A stretch of 59,883 nucleotides of DNA from Chloroflexota bacterium (GCA_003171255.1 PMYK01000011.1:3508-63390); one strand, 5' to 3'; positions 40,970 to 53,753 are shown, numbered from the stretch's first letter. The notes: generated by a model from the sequence alone, not told the origin. A program made the numbers and translations.

Positions 40970-42070
40970 ATGCGGCAACCTGGCGGCATGCCACAAGTGC
41001 CTCTCGGGGACATCGCGCCCAACTCCCACGACCCGGGGTCGGACGTGGCCGGCGAGCGGGCGCTCGCGGTGGCACAGGCCGCGAGCGAGCCACTGGTCAC
41101 ACGGTCAGGGGCGACGATTCGAGTAGGCACGGCGTCGTGGACCGACCCGACCATGACGGCGCCCGGCGTCTTCTATCCTCGCGGCGCCGACAGCGCCGAG
41201 GAACGCCTGACCTATTACGCTGCCACGTTCCCCATCGTCGAGATCGACGCGACCTACTACGCGCTCCCGTCGGCCCGAGTGGCATCGGCCTGGGTGGATC
41301 GGACGCCACCCGACTTCGTCTTCGACGCCAAGGCCCACGCTCTGATGACAGGCCAACCGACCGAAACGAAGCGGCTGCCCAAGGATCTGCGAGCCGCCCT
41401 GCCGGAAGAGCTCGCCGCCAAGCCTCGTCTATACGCTCGCGACCTTCCGGCCGAGCTGCGAGACGAGGTCTGGCGATCCTATCTGGCGGGGCTGGAGCCG
41501 CTGCGCGCGAGCGGCCAGCTTGGCTCGGTGCTGCTGCAGTTCCCGAAGTGGTTCTTTCCAACGAGTGAAAGCCGCGACATCATCCTGGAGGCGCGCCAGC
41601 GTCTGGGGGATGTCAGGTCGGCCGTCGAACTCCGCAGCGAGACCTGGTTCAACGACAAGAACCGCGAGCGCACGCTGCTCTTCCTTGCCGACAACTCAAT
41701 TCCCCTGGTCCTGGTCGACGGACCGCAGGGCCTCCGAAGCAGCGTCCCGCCCCTCACCGCCGTGACCTCGCCCGAGCTTGTGGTCGTCCGTTTCCACGGG
41801 CGCCGCGTCGAGACCTGGGAGGCTGCTGGGATCCCGGTAGTCGAGCGCTTCCGCTATCTGTACAGCGTGGACGAGATGCGGGAGTGGGTACCTCGGATTC
41901 GGAAGGCGGCCGAGGAGGCGCGCGAGATGCACGTCCTCATGAACAACTGCTACGCCAACTACGGCTCCACCAACGCCCGTGAGTTGGCGGCGATGCTCGA
42001 GGCCGAGCTCGTTGCCGGTCCGGATGAGTCGTTCGGCCGGCGCGGCGAGGCGCTGCTGCCACCCGGATGA
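40970..42070 (+). CDS. DUF72 (YecE-like) protein
   Basis: Motifs IRVGTASW, VEIDATYY, FDAKAH, LLQFP, AVELR, VRFHGR, RYLYS and MNNC. Confidence 0.92.
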   Translation: MRQPGGMPQVPLGDIAPNSHDPGSDVAGERALAVAQAASEPLVTRSGATIRVGTASWTDPTMTAPGVFYPRGADSAEERLTYYAATFPIVEIDATYYALPSARVASAWVDRTPPDFVFDAKAHALMTGQPTETKRLPKDLRAALPEELAAKPRLYARDLPAELRDEVWRSYLAGLEPLRASGQLGSVLLQFPKWFFPTSESRDIILEARQRLGDVRSAVELRSETWFNDKNRERTLLFLADNSIPLVLVDGPQGLRSSVPPLTAVTSPELVVVRFHGRRVETWEAAGIPVVERFRYLYSVDEMREWVPRIRKAAEEAREMHVLMNNCYANYGSTNARELAAMLEAELVAGPDESFGRRGEALLPPG

Positions 42071-42108
42071 ACCGGCCGCACCACGGCCCTGATTCCGACC
42101 CAGACATG

Positions 42109-42143
42109 GCAAACGGCCCGGGGAGGGGGCCCGAGCCGTTTGC
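42109..42143 (+). terminator. Putative terminator hairpin downstream of the DUF72 gene
   Basis: gcaaacggc...gccgtttgc inverted repeat; the U tract is weak. Confidence 0.45.
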
Positions 42144-42368
42144 GAAGGAGCGCGCCGTCACTCGCGTCCTGGGTGTATTGCCTGGATCCTAGGCCGCGGT
42201 CGGAGGATCGTCGTCCTGACGCCGCTCCGTTCCGTCACGCGAACCAGCGGACCCTGGCGAGCGGCGCGGGTCGCGTAACGGTGCGTGGGACGACCGAGCC
42301 GAGTGGTCTCCGCGGCCTATTCGCGCAGTAGACTGCTCTTCCATTAGGAGGCGTTCGCAAGGAGCTAC

Positions 42369-43418
42369 ATGCCCGACTCCACCGACCGCGCCGCGTCCTC
42401 CGGTTCGTCTCGAGACGAGCGCAGCTACTGGTCGCCGACAGATTCGCCGGGCGAAAGGGCCGGCGACGACTCAGGCGAGGACACCGTCCTCCCCGCCGGG
42501 ACTCGGCGCACGAACCTCGACCCAGGTGGTGTCGAGACCACCTACCGCCGCCGTCTCGCCGACGAGGAGATGGTCCAGCGCGTCGGTGGACGACGCAGGA
42601 TACGGCCAGAGGTGGTGCTCGCAATCGCAGGATCCGTCTTCGTGGTGGCTGCTCTTCTCAAGCCATGGCCGAACCCCTTGCCTGCCAGCCGGCCGTCGCC
42701 GATCGCCGCGGCCTTGCCGACGGCCGCAGTCACAATCGGGCCTTCACCGATCGACAACACCGACGTCACCGTCATCCAGTTCGGCGTCCCCGACAGCCTC
42801 GTCCAACGCTGGTCCGCGGTCGACTGGAGCGGGCTGCGAACCACCGACCCCCACTCCGGCTGGGGCTTTGCTGCGGCCATGATGCCAAGCGTCGGCGAGG
42901 GGCCGGCCATCATCGAGGGGCCGGCCGGCCCTGGGACGATATTGCCAATGACCAGCTGGGTCGCTGCCGGTTCGCTGCCGTCCAACGCGACATTGCTGGT
43001 GGTCGGAGGCCAGAACGTCTACGCCATCGCGGTCACATGGCCTGACGGCCTCAATGTGACCAGCGTCACGTTCCAGTACGTTGGCGGCTCGGGCCGCGAG
43101 CCATACCTTCCGCCGCCGGGCCTCCCGCCGTTCACCCAGGTGAGCCCGCTCCCGGCAGACCGGGTGGCCTCGCCAGCGGCTGCAACCCAGAGTGATCCTG
43201 CGGCCGCCTCACCCGCCCTCGCGGGCCACCTGGCCATCAGGTCGGGGCAGTTCTGGATTCCACCGGCAGAAGTCTCGGGAAACGCACTATCGAGCTCGAC
43301 CGTCCCCACGGCCTGGAAGTCACTCCCATGGCCGTGGCCGGACGGTACCTATCGGGTAACCGTCGTCTCGCAGACCGGGCCCGTCACGATCGTGCTTCGG
43401 CTGCAACAGGCCGCCTGA
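42369..43418 (+). CDS. Hypothetical single-pass membrane protein with a Pro-rich extracellular domain
   Basis: AAGGAG RBS, RRR followed by a hydrophobic helix ending ALLKPW, and a beta-rich C-terminus. Confidence 0.7.
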   Translation: MPDSTDRAASSGSSRDERSYWSPTDSPGERAGDDSGEDTVLPAGTRRTNLDPGGVETTYRRRLADEEMVQRVGGRRRIRPEVVLAIAGSVFVVAALLKPWPNPLPASRPSPIAAALPTAAVTIGPSPIDNTDVTVIQFGVPDSLVQRWSAVDWSGLRTTDPHSGWGFAAAMMPSVGEGPAIIEGPAGPGTILPMTSWVAAGSLPSNATLLVVGGQNVYAIAVTWPDGLNVTSVTFQYVGGSGREPYLPPPGLPPFTQVSPLPADRVASPAAATQSDPAAASPALAGHLAIRSGQFWIPPAEVSGNALSSSTVPTAWKSLPWPWPDGTYRVTVVSQTGPVTIVLRLQQAA

Positions 43419-43491
43419 AGCCAGGCCGCGGATCGGTGGCCTGGGCGTCGCCGCCGGCCGTGGTTCGGCCGCCGTGCCTATTCCAGGCGAG

Positions 43492-43526
43492 AATCGAAAC
43501 GCCCGACGGAGGACCCGCCGGGCGTT
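43492..43526 (-). terminator. Intrinsic terminator of ppdK
   Basis: Minus strand AACGCCCGGCGG-GTCCT-CCGTCGGGCGTT-TCGATT, about 20 nt after the stop codon. Confidence 0.65.
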
Positions 43527-43547
43527 CCAGTTACAACCGAAGAAAGG

Positions 43548-46349
<2,802 letters not shown>

Positions 46350-46602
46350 GGGGGTGTCATTCTCCTTGGATGCGGGGACTTGTCGCGCCTCGGGCGGCGG
46401 GGAAGCGTCCGGGCGACGGAAACGCACTATGTCCCAAAGATTGTACAGGCGTCGACCAGCCAGACTCGCTGCCGACCGGCCCCGCGACCCGGTATTTGCG
46501 TCCCGCAGACGCCGGCCATTCGGCCCGAATGCGTGGGACTCTCGGCCTCGGACGGTCCCCCGTGCCCGGCGAGCGGTCGGCCCGGGTGGCGCAAGCGGCG
46601 AC

Positions 46603-47280
46603 TCAGGTCGACGCGGCGGCGGCCGAATTGTCGAGCCAGGCAAGCCAGGAGTCGAAGCCCTCACCGGTTGTGGCCGAGATGTCGAGGATCGGCACCGACG
46701 GGTTCAACAGGCGCACGTCGGTCTCGAAACCGGCTCGATCGAAGGACAGGTGGGGCGCAAGATCGATCTTGTTGAGCAGAAGCAGATCCGCGGCCGTCAC
46801 GAAGTACGGATGCTTGGCGGCCTTGTCGTCACCCTCGGTCAGGCTGAACAGACCCACCTTGGCGGCTTGGCCAAGATCGAACCCGACCGGGCAGATGAGG
46901 TTGCCGACATTCTCGATGAAGAGGATGTCGACGCCGTCGAGGTCCAGCTGGGCCAGCGCGTCGCGGACCTGAGCGGCCTCGAGATGACAGCCCTCGCCGG
47001 TGGAGATCTGGACGACGCGATCGCAATAGCGGGCCAGACGATCGCCGTCCCGGCGAGTGGCCAGATCGCCGACCAGGACCGCCGCACGGCGGCGACCCGC
47101 CAGCGCCCGCAGGGTCGCCTCCAGGAGGGCCGTCTTGCCGCTTCCCGGCGCGCCCATCAGGTCGATTGCGAAAATGTGTCGGCGCGCCAGCTCGACACGG
47201 GTCGCGGCCGCGATGTCGTCGTTGGCCTCGAGGACCCGCCGCATCACCGGCAATCGAACGGTTCGAATCTGTTCGCTCAT
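46603..47280 (-). CDS. hypB: Hydrogenase nickel-incorporation GTPase
   Basis: Motifs GAPGSGKT, GCHL, ENVGNLICP, EGDDK and NKID. Confidence 0.95.
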   Translation of the reverse strand: MSEQIRTVRLPVMRRVLEANDDIAAATRVELARRHIFAIDLMGAPGSGKTALLEATLRALAGRRRAAVLVGDLATRRDGDRLARYCDRVVQISTGEGCHLEAAQVRDALAQLDLDGVDILFIENVGNLICPVGFDLGQAAKVGLFSLTEGDDKAAKHPYFVTAADLLLLNKIDLAPHLSFDRAGFETDVRLLNPSVPILDISATTGEGFDSWLAWLDNSAAAAST

Positions 47281-47625
47281 CTACGTCTCTTCCTCATCGA
47301 TGCTGATCGCGACCAGATCGAGTTCGTCGCCGCCGGACGGAACGGGCGTCGCGTTGCCGCACTGGCAGGATACGAAGGGCACCGGGCTGGTCCACTCGCG
47401 GCCGCATTGGGAGCACCTTATGGACCACGGCCGCTGGTCGATCTGCAGAGTGGCTCCGGCGAGTGGGGTGCCAAATGTCACAGAGTCCCAACACATCAGC
47501 AGGGCCTCGGGCTCCAGCCCGCGAAGGGCGCCAATCCGGATCTCGACATCGCGCACATGCGCTCCGGCAGGGGCATTCGCGAGCACCTGAGCGGCCAGAC
47601 CCTCCGCAATCGAAAACTCGTGCAC
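47281..47625 (-). CDS. hypA: Hydrogenase nickel metallochaperone
   Basis: A GTG start at 47625 gives the MHE Ni-binding N-terminus. Zn ligands CSQC...CQC and GGDEL. Confidence 0.92.
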   Translation of the reverse strand: MHEFSIAEGLAAQVLANAPAGAHVRDVEIRIGALRGLEPEALLMCWDSVTFGTPLAGATLQIDQRPWSIRCSQCGREWTSPVPFVSCQCGNATPVPSGGDELDLVAISIDEEET

Positions 47626-47884
47626 GCGGAGCATGCTAGCTCACTTCCGTAGGCGCCAGCCCGATTTCGCCTTGGATAGTTAGCCTGGCCTGTTCCTGGC
47701 ATGTCCCCGGCCCCAACCTGCAGGCCGAACTTCCCGCCCGGAAGAGGCCGGACTGCGGGACTCAAGCGGCCGGTTGTGGGATACGCTCTGAGCATTGATA
47801 TAGACGCGCGATGTAGCGCTCCCCTGATCCGGGCCACTCCCCTCCTGCCGAGGCGGCCCGGGCACTCCGCAAGAGAGTAAGAGC

Positions 47885-48271
47885 ATGGCACACATACTCC
47901 TGATCGACGACGACCCGGCATCGGTCGCCAGGAACACCGAAGCCATCCAAGGTGACGGCCACTCTGTCTCGTCATCTTCGACAACCGCTGAGGCCGTTCG
48001 CTTCGTGCGCAACGAGTTGCCCGACCTGGTGGTCATGGAGGCTGTATTGGGAGGCAAGCTGGCCGGTCTCGATCTGGCCAGATCGCTCGCCCAGGACCAT
48101 CCCGACCTGCCCCTGATCATGCTCACCAAGGCCGACGACCTGATGTCGGATGAACAGCTGGACAGCCAGGACAGTGACGGCTGGATCCCCGTTAGTCGGT
48201 ACCTCGAGAAGCCGGTCATGACCGATGTACTGGTGGACGAGATCGACCACCTCCTACCTGAGGCCGAGTGA
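47885..48271 (+). CDS. Single-domain response-regulator receiver with Asp-to-Glu at the phosphoacceptor site
   Basis: Motifs ILLIDDD, PDLVVMEAVL (E in place of D), IIMLT and YLEKP. Stop overlaps the echA start. Confidence 0.85.
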   Translation: MAHILLIDDDPASVARNTEAIQGDGHSVSSSSTTAEAVRFVRNELPDLVVMEAVLGGKLAGLDLARSLAQDHPDLPLIMLTKADDLMSDEQLDSQDSDGWIPVSRYLEKPVMTDVLVDEIDHLLPEAE

Positions 48272-50202
48272 GTCTTCCCTCGATCGTATTCGCCCTCGTT
48301 GCCCTTCCGGCGATAGTCGGCGCGATCCTCAGCCTCTTCACCCAGGCGACGCTGCGGAACGCCATCGTCGTGATCGGCGGCCTCCTCGTTGCCGCGATGG
48401 CCGTCGCGACCGTGGCGACGTTCGGTGGCGCCGATGGCGCGTTCTTCGGACTCCCGGGCAACATGGCCCTTGGTCAGACCTTGATCGTCGTCGACTTTGG
48501 TCTCACGGCGTTCGTGGTGGCCATCTCACTCAAGCATCGCCGCGTCCTGGCTCCGATCCTGGCCCTTGCCCAGTTCGCGATCGCCCTCTACCTCGAGGTG
48601 GCCGGCCGCCTGCCCGAGCCCGATCCGCAGCGGCTCTTCTGGGTCGACCGGCTGTCGATGGTGATGATCCTCGTGATCGGCCTCATCGGCCCCTTGATCT
48701 GCATCAACGCCATCGGCTACATGCGGGCCTATCACCGCTCGAGCCCAATGATCCAGGGCCGCCGGACCGTCTTCTTCTCGCTGCTGTTTGTCTTCCTGGC
48801 CGCGATGTTCGGCCTGGTGGTTTCGAACTATCTGCCGCTGATGCTGGTCTTCTGGGAGATCACGACGATCTGCTCGTTCCTGCTGATCGGCTACACCCGG
48901 ACCGACGAGACGATCGGCTATGCCTTTCGGGCTTTGAACATGAACCTCCTGGGCGGCCTGGGGTTCGGCGTCGCAATAGTGCTGCTCTCCAGCCAGACCG
49001 GCGGCCTGGACCTCGCGATTCTGACCCATGGACCGGCCGCTGGGGCGCTGCTGCCGGCAATCGCGCTCCTGGCCTTCGCCGGCATCACCAAGAGCGCCCA
49101 GATGCCGTTCTCGTCGTGGCTCATCGGCGCCATGTACGCCCCGTCGCCCACCTCGGCCCTGCTCCACTCGAGCACGATGGTCAAGGCCGGCGTCTTCCTG
49201 CTGCTGCGGCTGTCCCCGGCCATGTCCGGGTCGACGGTCGGCTATCTCGTGGCCTTCGTCGGCCTCCTGACCTTCCTGTTCGTGTCGCTCGTTGCGGTCA
49301 CGGAGCAGAACACCAAGAAAGTCCTGGCCTACTCGACCATCGGCAGCCTCGGCCTGATCGTCGGCTGCGCGGGCATCGGGACGCCCGAGCTGGCCTGGGT
49401 CGGGGTGATGATCATCATCTTCCATGCCCTGGCCAAGAGCCTCCTCTTCCTGGTGATCGGGACGATCGAGCAAAGGCTCTACACCAAGAACATGGAGAAC
49501 TTGGACGCGCTCCTGAGCCTGATGCCGCGCGTCAGTGCACTGTTCCTGATCGGGATCAGCGGCATGTTCATTGCGCCGTTCGGCATCGCCATCGCGAAGT
49601 GGACGGCCATCCGAGCCTTCCTCTCAGTCCCGGGCCCGGCCGGAGCGGCAATGATCCTAATCATGGCCTTCGGCAGTTCGCTGACCATCTTCTACTGGGG
49701 CAAGCTCCTCATCAAGATCCTCTCGGCGCGGCGCCAGACCGACTATGAGCGCTCGATCGAGAATCGCGTCTCGCGCTATGAGTGGCTGACCGAGGGCGCG
49801 CTGGCTCTCGGCGTCATTGCGGCAACAGCCTGCGTTGGGCTGATCTCCAACCAGGTGGTGGGACCCTACGCTCTGACCGCGTTCGCGGCGGCGCCGCGAG
49901 TCTTCCTCGCCATCGACCCCGCGATTCTGCTGGTCATGCTATCGGCGACACTGCTCCTGCCGTTCGTGGCCGTGCTGTCCTGGCTGAACCCCACCTACGA
50001 CCACTCCGACTTCTACGCCAGTGGCCGCTCCGCCAACGTGGGCCACGTCATGGGTGCCGCGTTGGGCGGTATCAAGAGGGTGACGCTTCGCAACTACTAC
50101 CTTGATGGCGTCGTCAGCGGCGGGCTGATGTTCCGGACCGGGACCGTCGCCTGTGGTGCGGTCCTCGCGGCGATGGTCGCCGCGAGCGTCGTGATCCGCT
50201 GA
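48268..50202 (+). CDS. echA: Ech hydrogenase antiporter-like membrane subunit
   Basis: NuoL/MrpA-like motifs FWEITT, KSAQMPF and APSPTSALLHSSTMVKAG. First membrane gene of the operon. Confidence 0.9.
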   Translation: MSLPSIVFALVALPAIVGAILSLFTQATLRNAIVVIGGLLVAAMAVATVATFGGADGAFFGLPGNMALGQTLIVVDFGLTAFVVAISLKHRRVLAPILALAQFAIALYLEVAGRLPEPDPQRLFWVDRLSMVMILVIGLIGPLICINAIGYMRAYHRSSPMIQGRRTVFFSLLFVFLAAMFGLVVSNYLPLMLVFWEITTICSFLLIGYTRTDETIGYAFRALNMNLLGGLGFGVAIVLLSSQTGGLDLAILTHGPAAGALLPAIALLAFAGITKSAQMPFSSWLIGAMYAPSPTSALLHSSTMVKAGVFLLLRLSPAMSGSTVGYLVAFVGLLTFLFVSLVAVTEQNTKKVLAYSTIGSLGLIVGCAGIGTPELAWVGVMIIIFHALAKSLLFLVIGTIEQRLYTKNMENLDALLSLMPRVSALFLIGISGMFIAPFGIAIAKWTAIRAFLSVPGPAGAAMILIMAFGSSLTIFYWGKLLIKILSARRQTDYERSIENRVSRYEWLTEGALALGVIAATACVGLISNQVVGPYALTAFAAAPRVFLAIDPAILLVMLSATLLLPFVAVLSWLNPTYDHSDFYASGRSANVGHVMGAALGGIKRVTLRNYYLDGVVSGGLMFRTGTVACGAVLAAMVAASVVIR

Positions 50203-51056
50203 TGACTCCCGCGATCTACGCACTGCTCTTCGTCCTCCTCGCCCCCGTCTTTGGCGGCCTGCTCGCCGGCATCGACCGGATCGTGTCGGCCCGAATGCAG
50301 GGCCGCGTCGGACCGCCGCTGCTGCAGCCGTTCTACGACGTCGGTAAGCTGCTCCAGAAGCGGACCCGCCAGATCAACCCAATCGCCGAGCCCCTCCTCA
50401 TCGCCCACCTGGGCTATATGGCCGCGACCGGGGCATTGCTCCTGGGCGGTACCGACCTGATCTTCACGGTCTTCGTCTACGCGCTGGCCGCCCTGCTCCT
50501 CGTCCTCGCCGCCGGCTCCGCCAACTCGCCGTTCAGCTTTGCCGGGGCCGAGCGCGAGCTGGTGGTCTTGCTCGCATCGGAGCCGTTCTTCATCCTGATG
50601 ATGGTCGCGGTCTGCAAGGTCACGGCCGCAAGCACCTTCGGCGGAGTTCTGGCTTCCTCTCAGCTCGTGGCCGTGCAACTCCCGGGCGTACTGCTCGCGT
50701 TCGTGGTGGTCGCCACCATCAAGCTGCGCAAGTCCCCCTTCGACATCTCCATCTCGCACCACCCCCACCAAGAACTCGTGAGCGGCCTCACTTCGGACAT
50801 GTCGGGTCGGCTGCTGGCCTATGTCGAGCTGGCCCACTGGTACGAGTCGGCGCTGCTCTGCGCCTTCATGGTTCTGCTGTTCAACTGGAGCGTGCCCCTG
50901 GGCCTGCTCGCATTCGCTGTCGCCTACGCCCTCGAGGTCCTGGTGGACAACGCCACCTCGCGGATCAAGTGGCAGCTCGTCCTGCGTTCGACCTGGGCGG
51001 CGACGCTGCTGCTGTGCGGCGGAAACCTGCTGGCCCTGTTCGTGATGGGTAGGTAA
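50202..51056 (+). CDS. echB: Ech hydrogenase NuoH-like membrane subunit
   Basis: Motifs DRIVSARMQGRVGPPLLQPFYDVGKL and KLRKSPFDIS...HQELV. Confidence 0.92.
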   Translation: MTPAIYALLFVLLAPVFGGLLAGIDRIVSARMQGRVGPPLLQPFYDVGKLLQKRTRQINPIAEPLLIAHLGYMAATGALLLGGTDLIFTVFVYALAALLLVLAAGSANSPFSFAGAERELVVLLASEPFFILMMVAVCKVTAASTFGGVLASSQLVAVQLPGVLLAFVVVATIKLRKSPFDISISHHPHQELVSGLTSDMSGRLLAYVELAHWYESALLCAFMVLLFNWSVPLGLLAFAVAYALEVLVDNATSRIKWQLVLRSTWAATLLLCGGNLLALFVMGR

Positions 51057-51060
51057 GGCT

Positions 51061-51486
51061 ATGTCCTTCTTCTCGCGTTCGCCCTGGATCCTTCACTACG
51101 ACGGCTCGAGCTGCAACGGCTGCGACATCGAGGTCCTGGCCTGCCTCACTCCGCTCTACGACGTCGAGCGGTTCGGCGTGGTCAACACGGGCAACCCCAA
51201 GCACGCCGACATCCTGCTCGTGACCGGCAGCGTCAACGAACGGAACATCGAGATCGTCAGGAACCTGTACCGCCAGATGCCCGACCCGAAGGTCGTGGTG
51301 GCGGTTGGGGCGTGCGCATGCTCGGGCGGCATCTTCGCCCGGGCCTACAACGTCCAGGGCGGGATCGACAAGGTGATCCCCGTGGACGTCTACGTGCCGG
51401 GCTGCGCCGCTCGACCCGAAAGCATCATCGACGGTGTAGTCCAGGGCATCGCCGCTCTCGAACTGAAGCACAGGATGACGGCCTGA
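51061..51486 (+). CDS. echC: Ech hydrogenase small subunit
   Basis: Motifs SSCNGCDIE, NPKHAD, GACACSGG and YVPGCAARPE. Confidence 0.93.
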   Translation: MSFFSRSPWILHYDGSSCNGCDIEVLACLTPLYDVERFGVVNTGNPKHADILLVTGSVNERNIEIVRNLYRQMPDPKVVVAVGACACSGGIFARAYNVQGGIDKVIPVDVYVPGCAARPESIIDGVVQGIAALELKHRMTA

Positions 51487-51932
51487 TGGACACCACGGCA
51501 TTTCTGGCCCGAGTCGAGGAATATCACCGCGACGGGTGGCGCCTGGCCCTCATCAACGTGACGACCGTCCTGCCGGCAGCGCCGGCGGCCCACGGCGCCC
51601 AGACCGCAGTTGAGGCAGCCGCAGTCGGGGCCGCCCCCCTGGATGGTCCCGGCGTCTTCGAGATCGCCTGGGGGTTTGCCCGGGGCGGCGAGTTCAAGAC
51701 GATTCGCGAACAGATCGAGCAGGGCCAGTCGGTGCCGAGCATCTCCGAGTTCTTCGGCGCGGCCTTCCTGTACGAGAACGAGATCCGCGAGCTCTTTGGG
51801 ATCAACGTGACGGGGATGGGTGTGGACCTGAAGGGCCAGCTCTACAAAACCGCGACCAGGGTTCCGTTCTCCCATGGTGCGGTAAAGGCCCGCCTGGCGG
51901 CCCTGGCGGCCTCCGCGGTGAAACCCTCATGA
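51486..51932 (+). CDS. echD: Ech hydrogenase NuoC-like subunit
   Basis: Motif VPSISEFFGAAFLYENEIRELFGI. TGATG overlap with echC. Confidence 0.88.
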   Translation: MDTTAFLARVEEYHRDGWRLALINVTTVLPAAPAAHGAQTAVEAAAVGAAPLDGPGVFEIAWGFARGGEFKTIREQIEQGQSVPSISEFFGAAFLYENEIRELFGINVTGMGVDLKGQLYKTATRVPFSHGAVKARLAALAASAVKPS

Positions 51933-53014
51933 AGCGGACCACGATCCCCTTCGGGCCGCAGCACCCGGTCCTGCCCGAGCCCTTGGTCCTCGACCTCATC
52001 CTCGAGGACGAGAAGGTCATCGACGCGATCCCCACCATCGGCTACATCCACCGCGGCCTCGAGATGATGGTCGAGCGCGTGGAGTACACCGAGATGGGTT
52101 TCGTGGTGGAGCGCATCTGCGGCATCTGCAGCTTCATGCACGGCATGGGCTACTGCGTTTCGCTCGAGGCCATCATGAACGTCGAGGTGCCCGAGCGAGC
52201 CCGCTGGCTGCGCCTGGTTTGGGCCGAGATCTCGCGCATTCAGAGCCACCTGCTCTGGCTGGGCCTGGGCGCCGACGCATTCGGCTTCGAGAACCTGTTC
52301 ATGCACTGCTGGCGGATGCGCGAGCAGATCCTCGACATCTTCGAAAAGACCACCGGCGGCCGGATCATCCATTCGGTCAACCGCATCGGCGGCGTCAAGC
52401 GCGACATCGCCGACTCCGAGCTGGCCGCCATCCTGGCCGAGCTTCAGGAGCTCGGCGCCGCATTCAAGGAGACGGCCCGCGTCTTCGGGACGGACCCGTC
52501 CATAGCCCACCGTCTCGGTGGAGTGGGCGTGCTGACGAAGGCCGATGCGCTCGCGGTGGACGCGGTCGGGCCGATGGTCCGGGCCTCCGGCATCGCCACC
52601 GACACGCGCCTCGGCGGCGCCTTCATGTACGACCAGATCGATTTCGAGCCGGTAGTCGAGACCGCCGGCGACTGCCTGGCCCGGGTGCTCGTACGCTTGC
52701 GCGAGGTCGATCAGTCGATCGACATCATCCGTCAGGCGATCGACAAGATGCCCAAGGGCGAGGGCCTGCCGATCGAGAACCGGCCCCGCGGCCTGCCCAG
52801 CGGCGAGGTATTCACGCGGCTCGAGCAGCCGCGCGGCGAGGTCGTCTACTACGTCAAGGCCAACGGCACCAAGAACCTGGAGCGCTTCCGGGCCCGAACG
52901 CCGACATTTGCCAACATTCCGGCCATGATCAAGCTGGTGAAGGGCTGCGATCTGGCGGACGTGCCCAACATCATCCTGACCATCGACCCCTGCATCAGCT
53001 GCACGGAGCGCTGA
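51929..53014 (+). CDS. echE: Ech [NiFe]-hydrogenase large subunit (group 4)
   Basis: PFGPQHP, HRGLE, L1 motif ERICGIC and L2 motif DPCISCTER. Ends without a cleavable C-terminal extension. Confidence 0.95.
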   Translation: MKRTTIPFGPQHPVLPEPLVLDLILEDEKVIDAIPTIGYIHRGLEMMVERVEYTEMGFVVERICGICSFMHGMGYCVSLEAIMNVEVPERARWLRLVWAEISRIQSHLLWLGLGADAFGFENLFMHCWRMREQILDIFEKTTGGRIIHSVNRIGGVKRDIADSELAAILAELQELGAAFKETARVFGTDPSIAHRLGGVGVLTKADALAVDAVGPMVRASGIATDTRLGGAFMYDQIDFEPVVETAGDCLARVLVRLREVDQSIDIIRQAIDKMPKGEGLPIENRPRGLPSGEVFTRLEQPRGEVVYYVKANGTKNLERFRARTPTFANIPAMIKLVKGCDLADVPNIILTIDPCISCTER

Positions 53015-53015
53015 G

Positions 53016-53441
53016 ATGGCCAACCCCTTCCGCCTGCCGATGGTCCCGCGAGCGCTGCGGAACCTCGTCTCGCGCCCGGCGACGCGGCTCTACCCGACCG
53101 AGCTTCGCCCGCGCTTTGCCGGCGCTCGGGGCGCAATCGTCTTCGACGTCGAGTCGTGCAACTTCTGCATGCTGTGCGCGCGGCGATGTCCGGCCGCGGC
53201 GATCGAGTGCTCCCGCGAGGACCGCTCCTGGGCAATCGACCAGCTGACCTGCATCGCCTGCGGGGTCTGCGTTGAGGTCTGCAACAAGAAGAGTCTGAGC
53301 ATGTCGGCGGAGCCGGGCCGCGTCCACACCCGAGCCGAAGCGACTCCGGATGGCCGCCGGCCGGGTCGCGAAGAGTGGCTCAAGCCGGCACCGCCGCCCG
53401 ACCTCACGACCGCGCCCGTCTCCGCGGCCGCAACCGACTGA
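53016..53441 (+). CDS. echF: Ech hydrogenase 2x[4Fe-4S] subunit
   Basis: Cluster motifs CNFCMLCARRCP and CIACGVCVEVC, plus N-terminal PATRLYP. Confidence 0.92.
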   Translation: MANPFRLPMVPRALRNLVSRPATRLYPTELRPRFAGARGAIVFDVESCNFCMLCARRCPAAAIECSREDRSWAIDQLTCIACGVCVEVCNKKSLSMSAEPGRVHTRAEATPDGRRPGREEWLKPAPPPDLTTAPVSAAATD

Positions 53442-53753
53442 GGCGCAACCTCGAGGGCGCCCGGCCCGACCCCGCCGGCGACGGGCGTGCCACGCTCGAC
53501 AGGATCCGCACGGTATCGGCGTCTCTTCTGGGCTGGTAGACGGTCGAGGCCGCCCACGGCCGCCGAGCGCCGCCGTCGCGTCCCCGCGAGGGGCACACGA
53601 CCGCCCTACCCGTTGTAGCCTTCCCACACGTGACCTTCGGCCCAGACCCTTCGGGCGGAGTGGTCATGTGGCCGCAAGGTCCAGCGATGCATCATTCAAC
53701 TAACTCATACTCACTAACACAACATTCTTCGCAGACCACCGTACCGGAGTGAG

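Noticed and set aside
47635-47760. NiCo or other metal riboswitch upstream of hypA
   Set aside because: Hairpins are possible, but the conserved four-way-junction sequences could not be identified.
48268-53441. Complex I (nuo) or an Ehr hydrogenase-like complex
   Set aside because: The large subunit has both CxxC Ni-binding motifs, the gene order is echABCDEF, and hypAB are adjacent.
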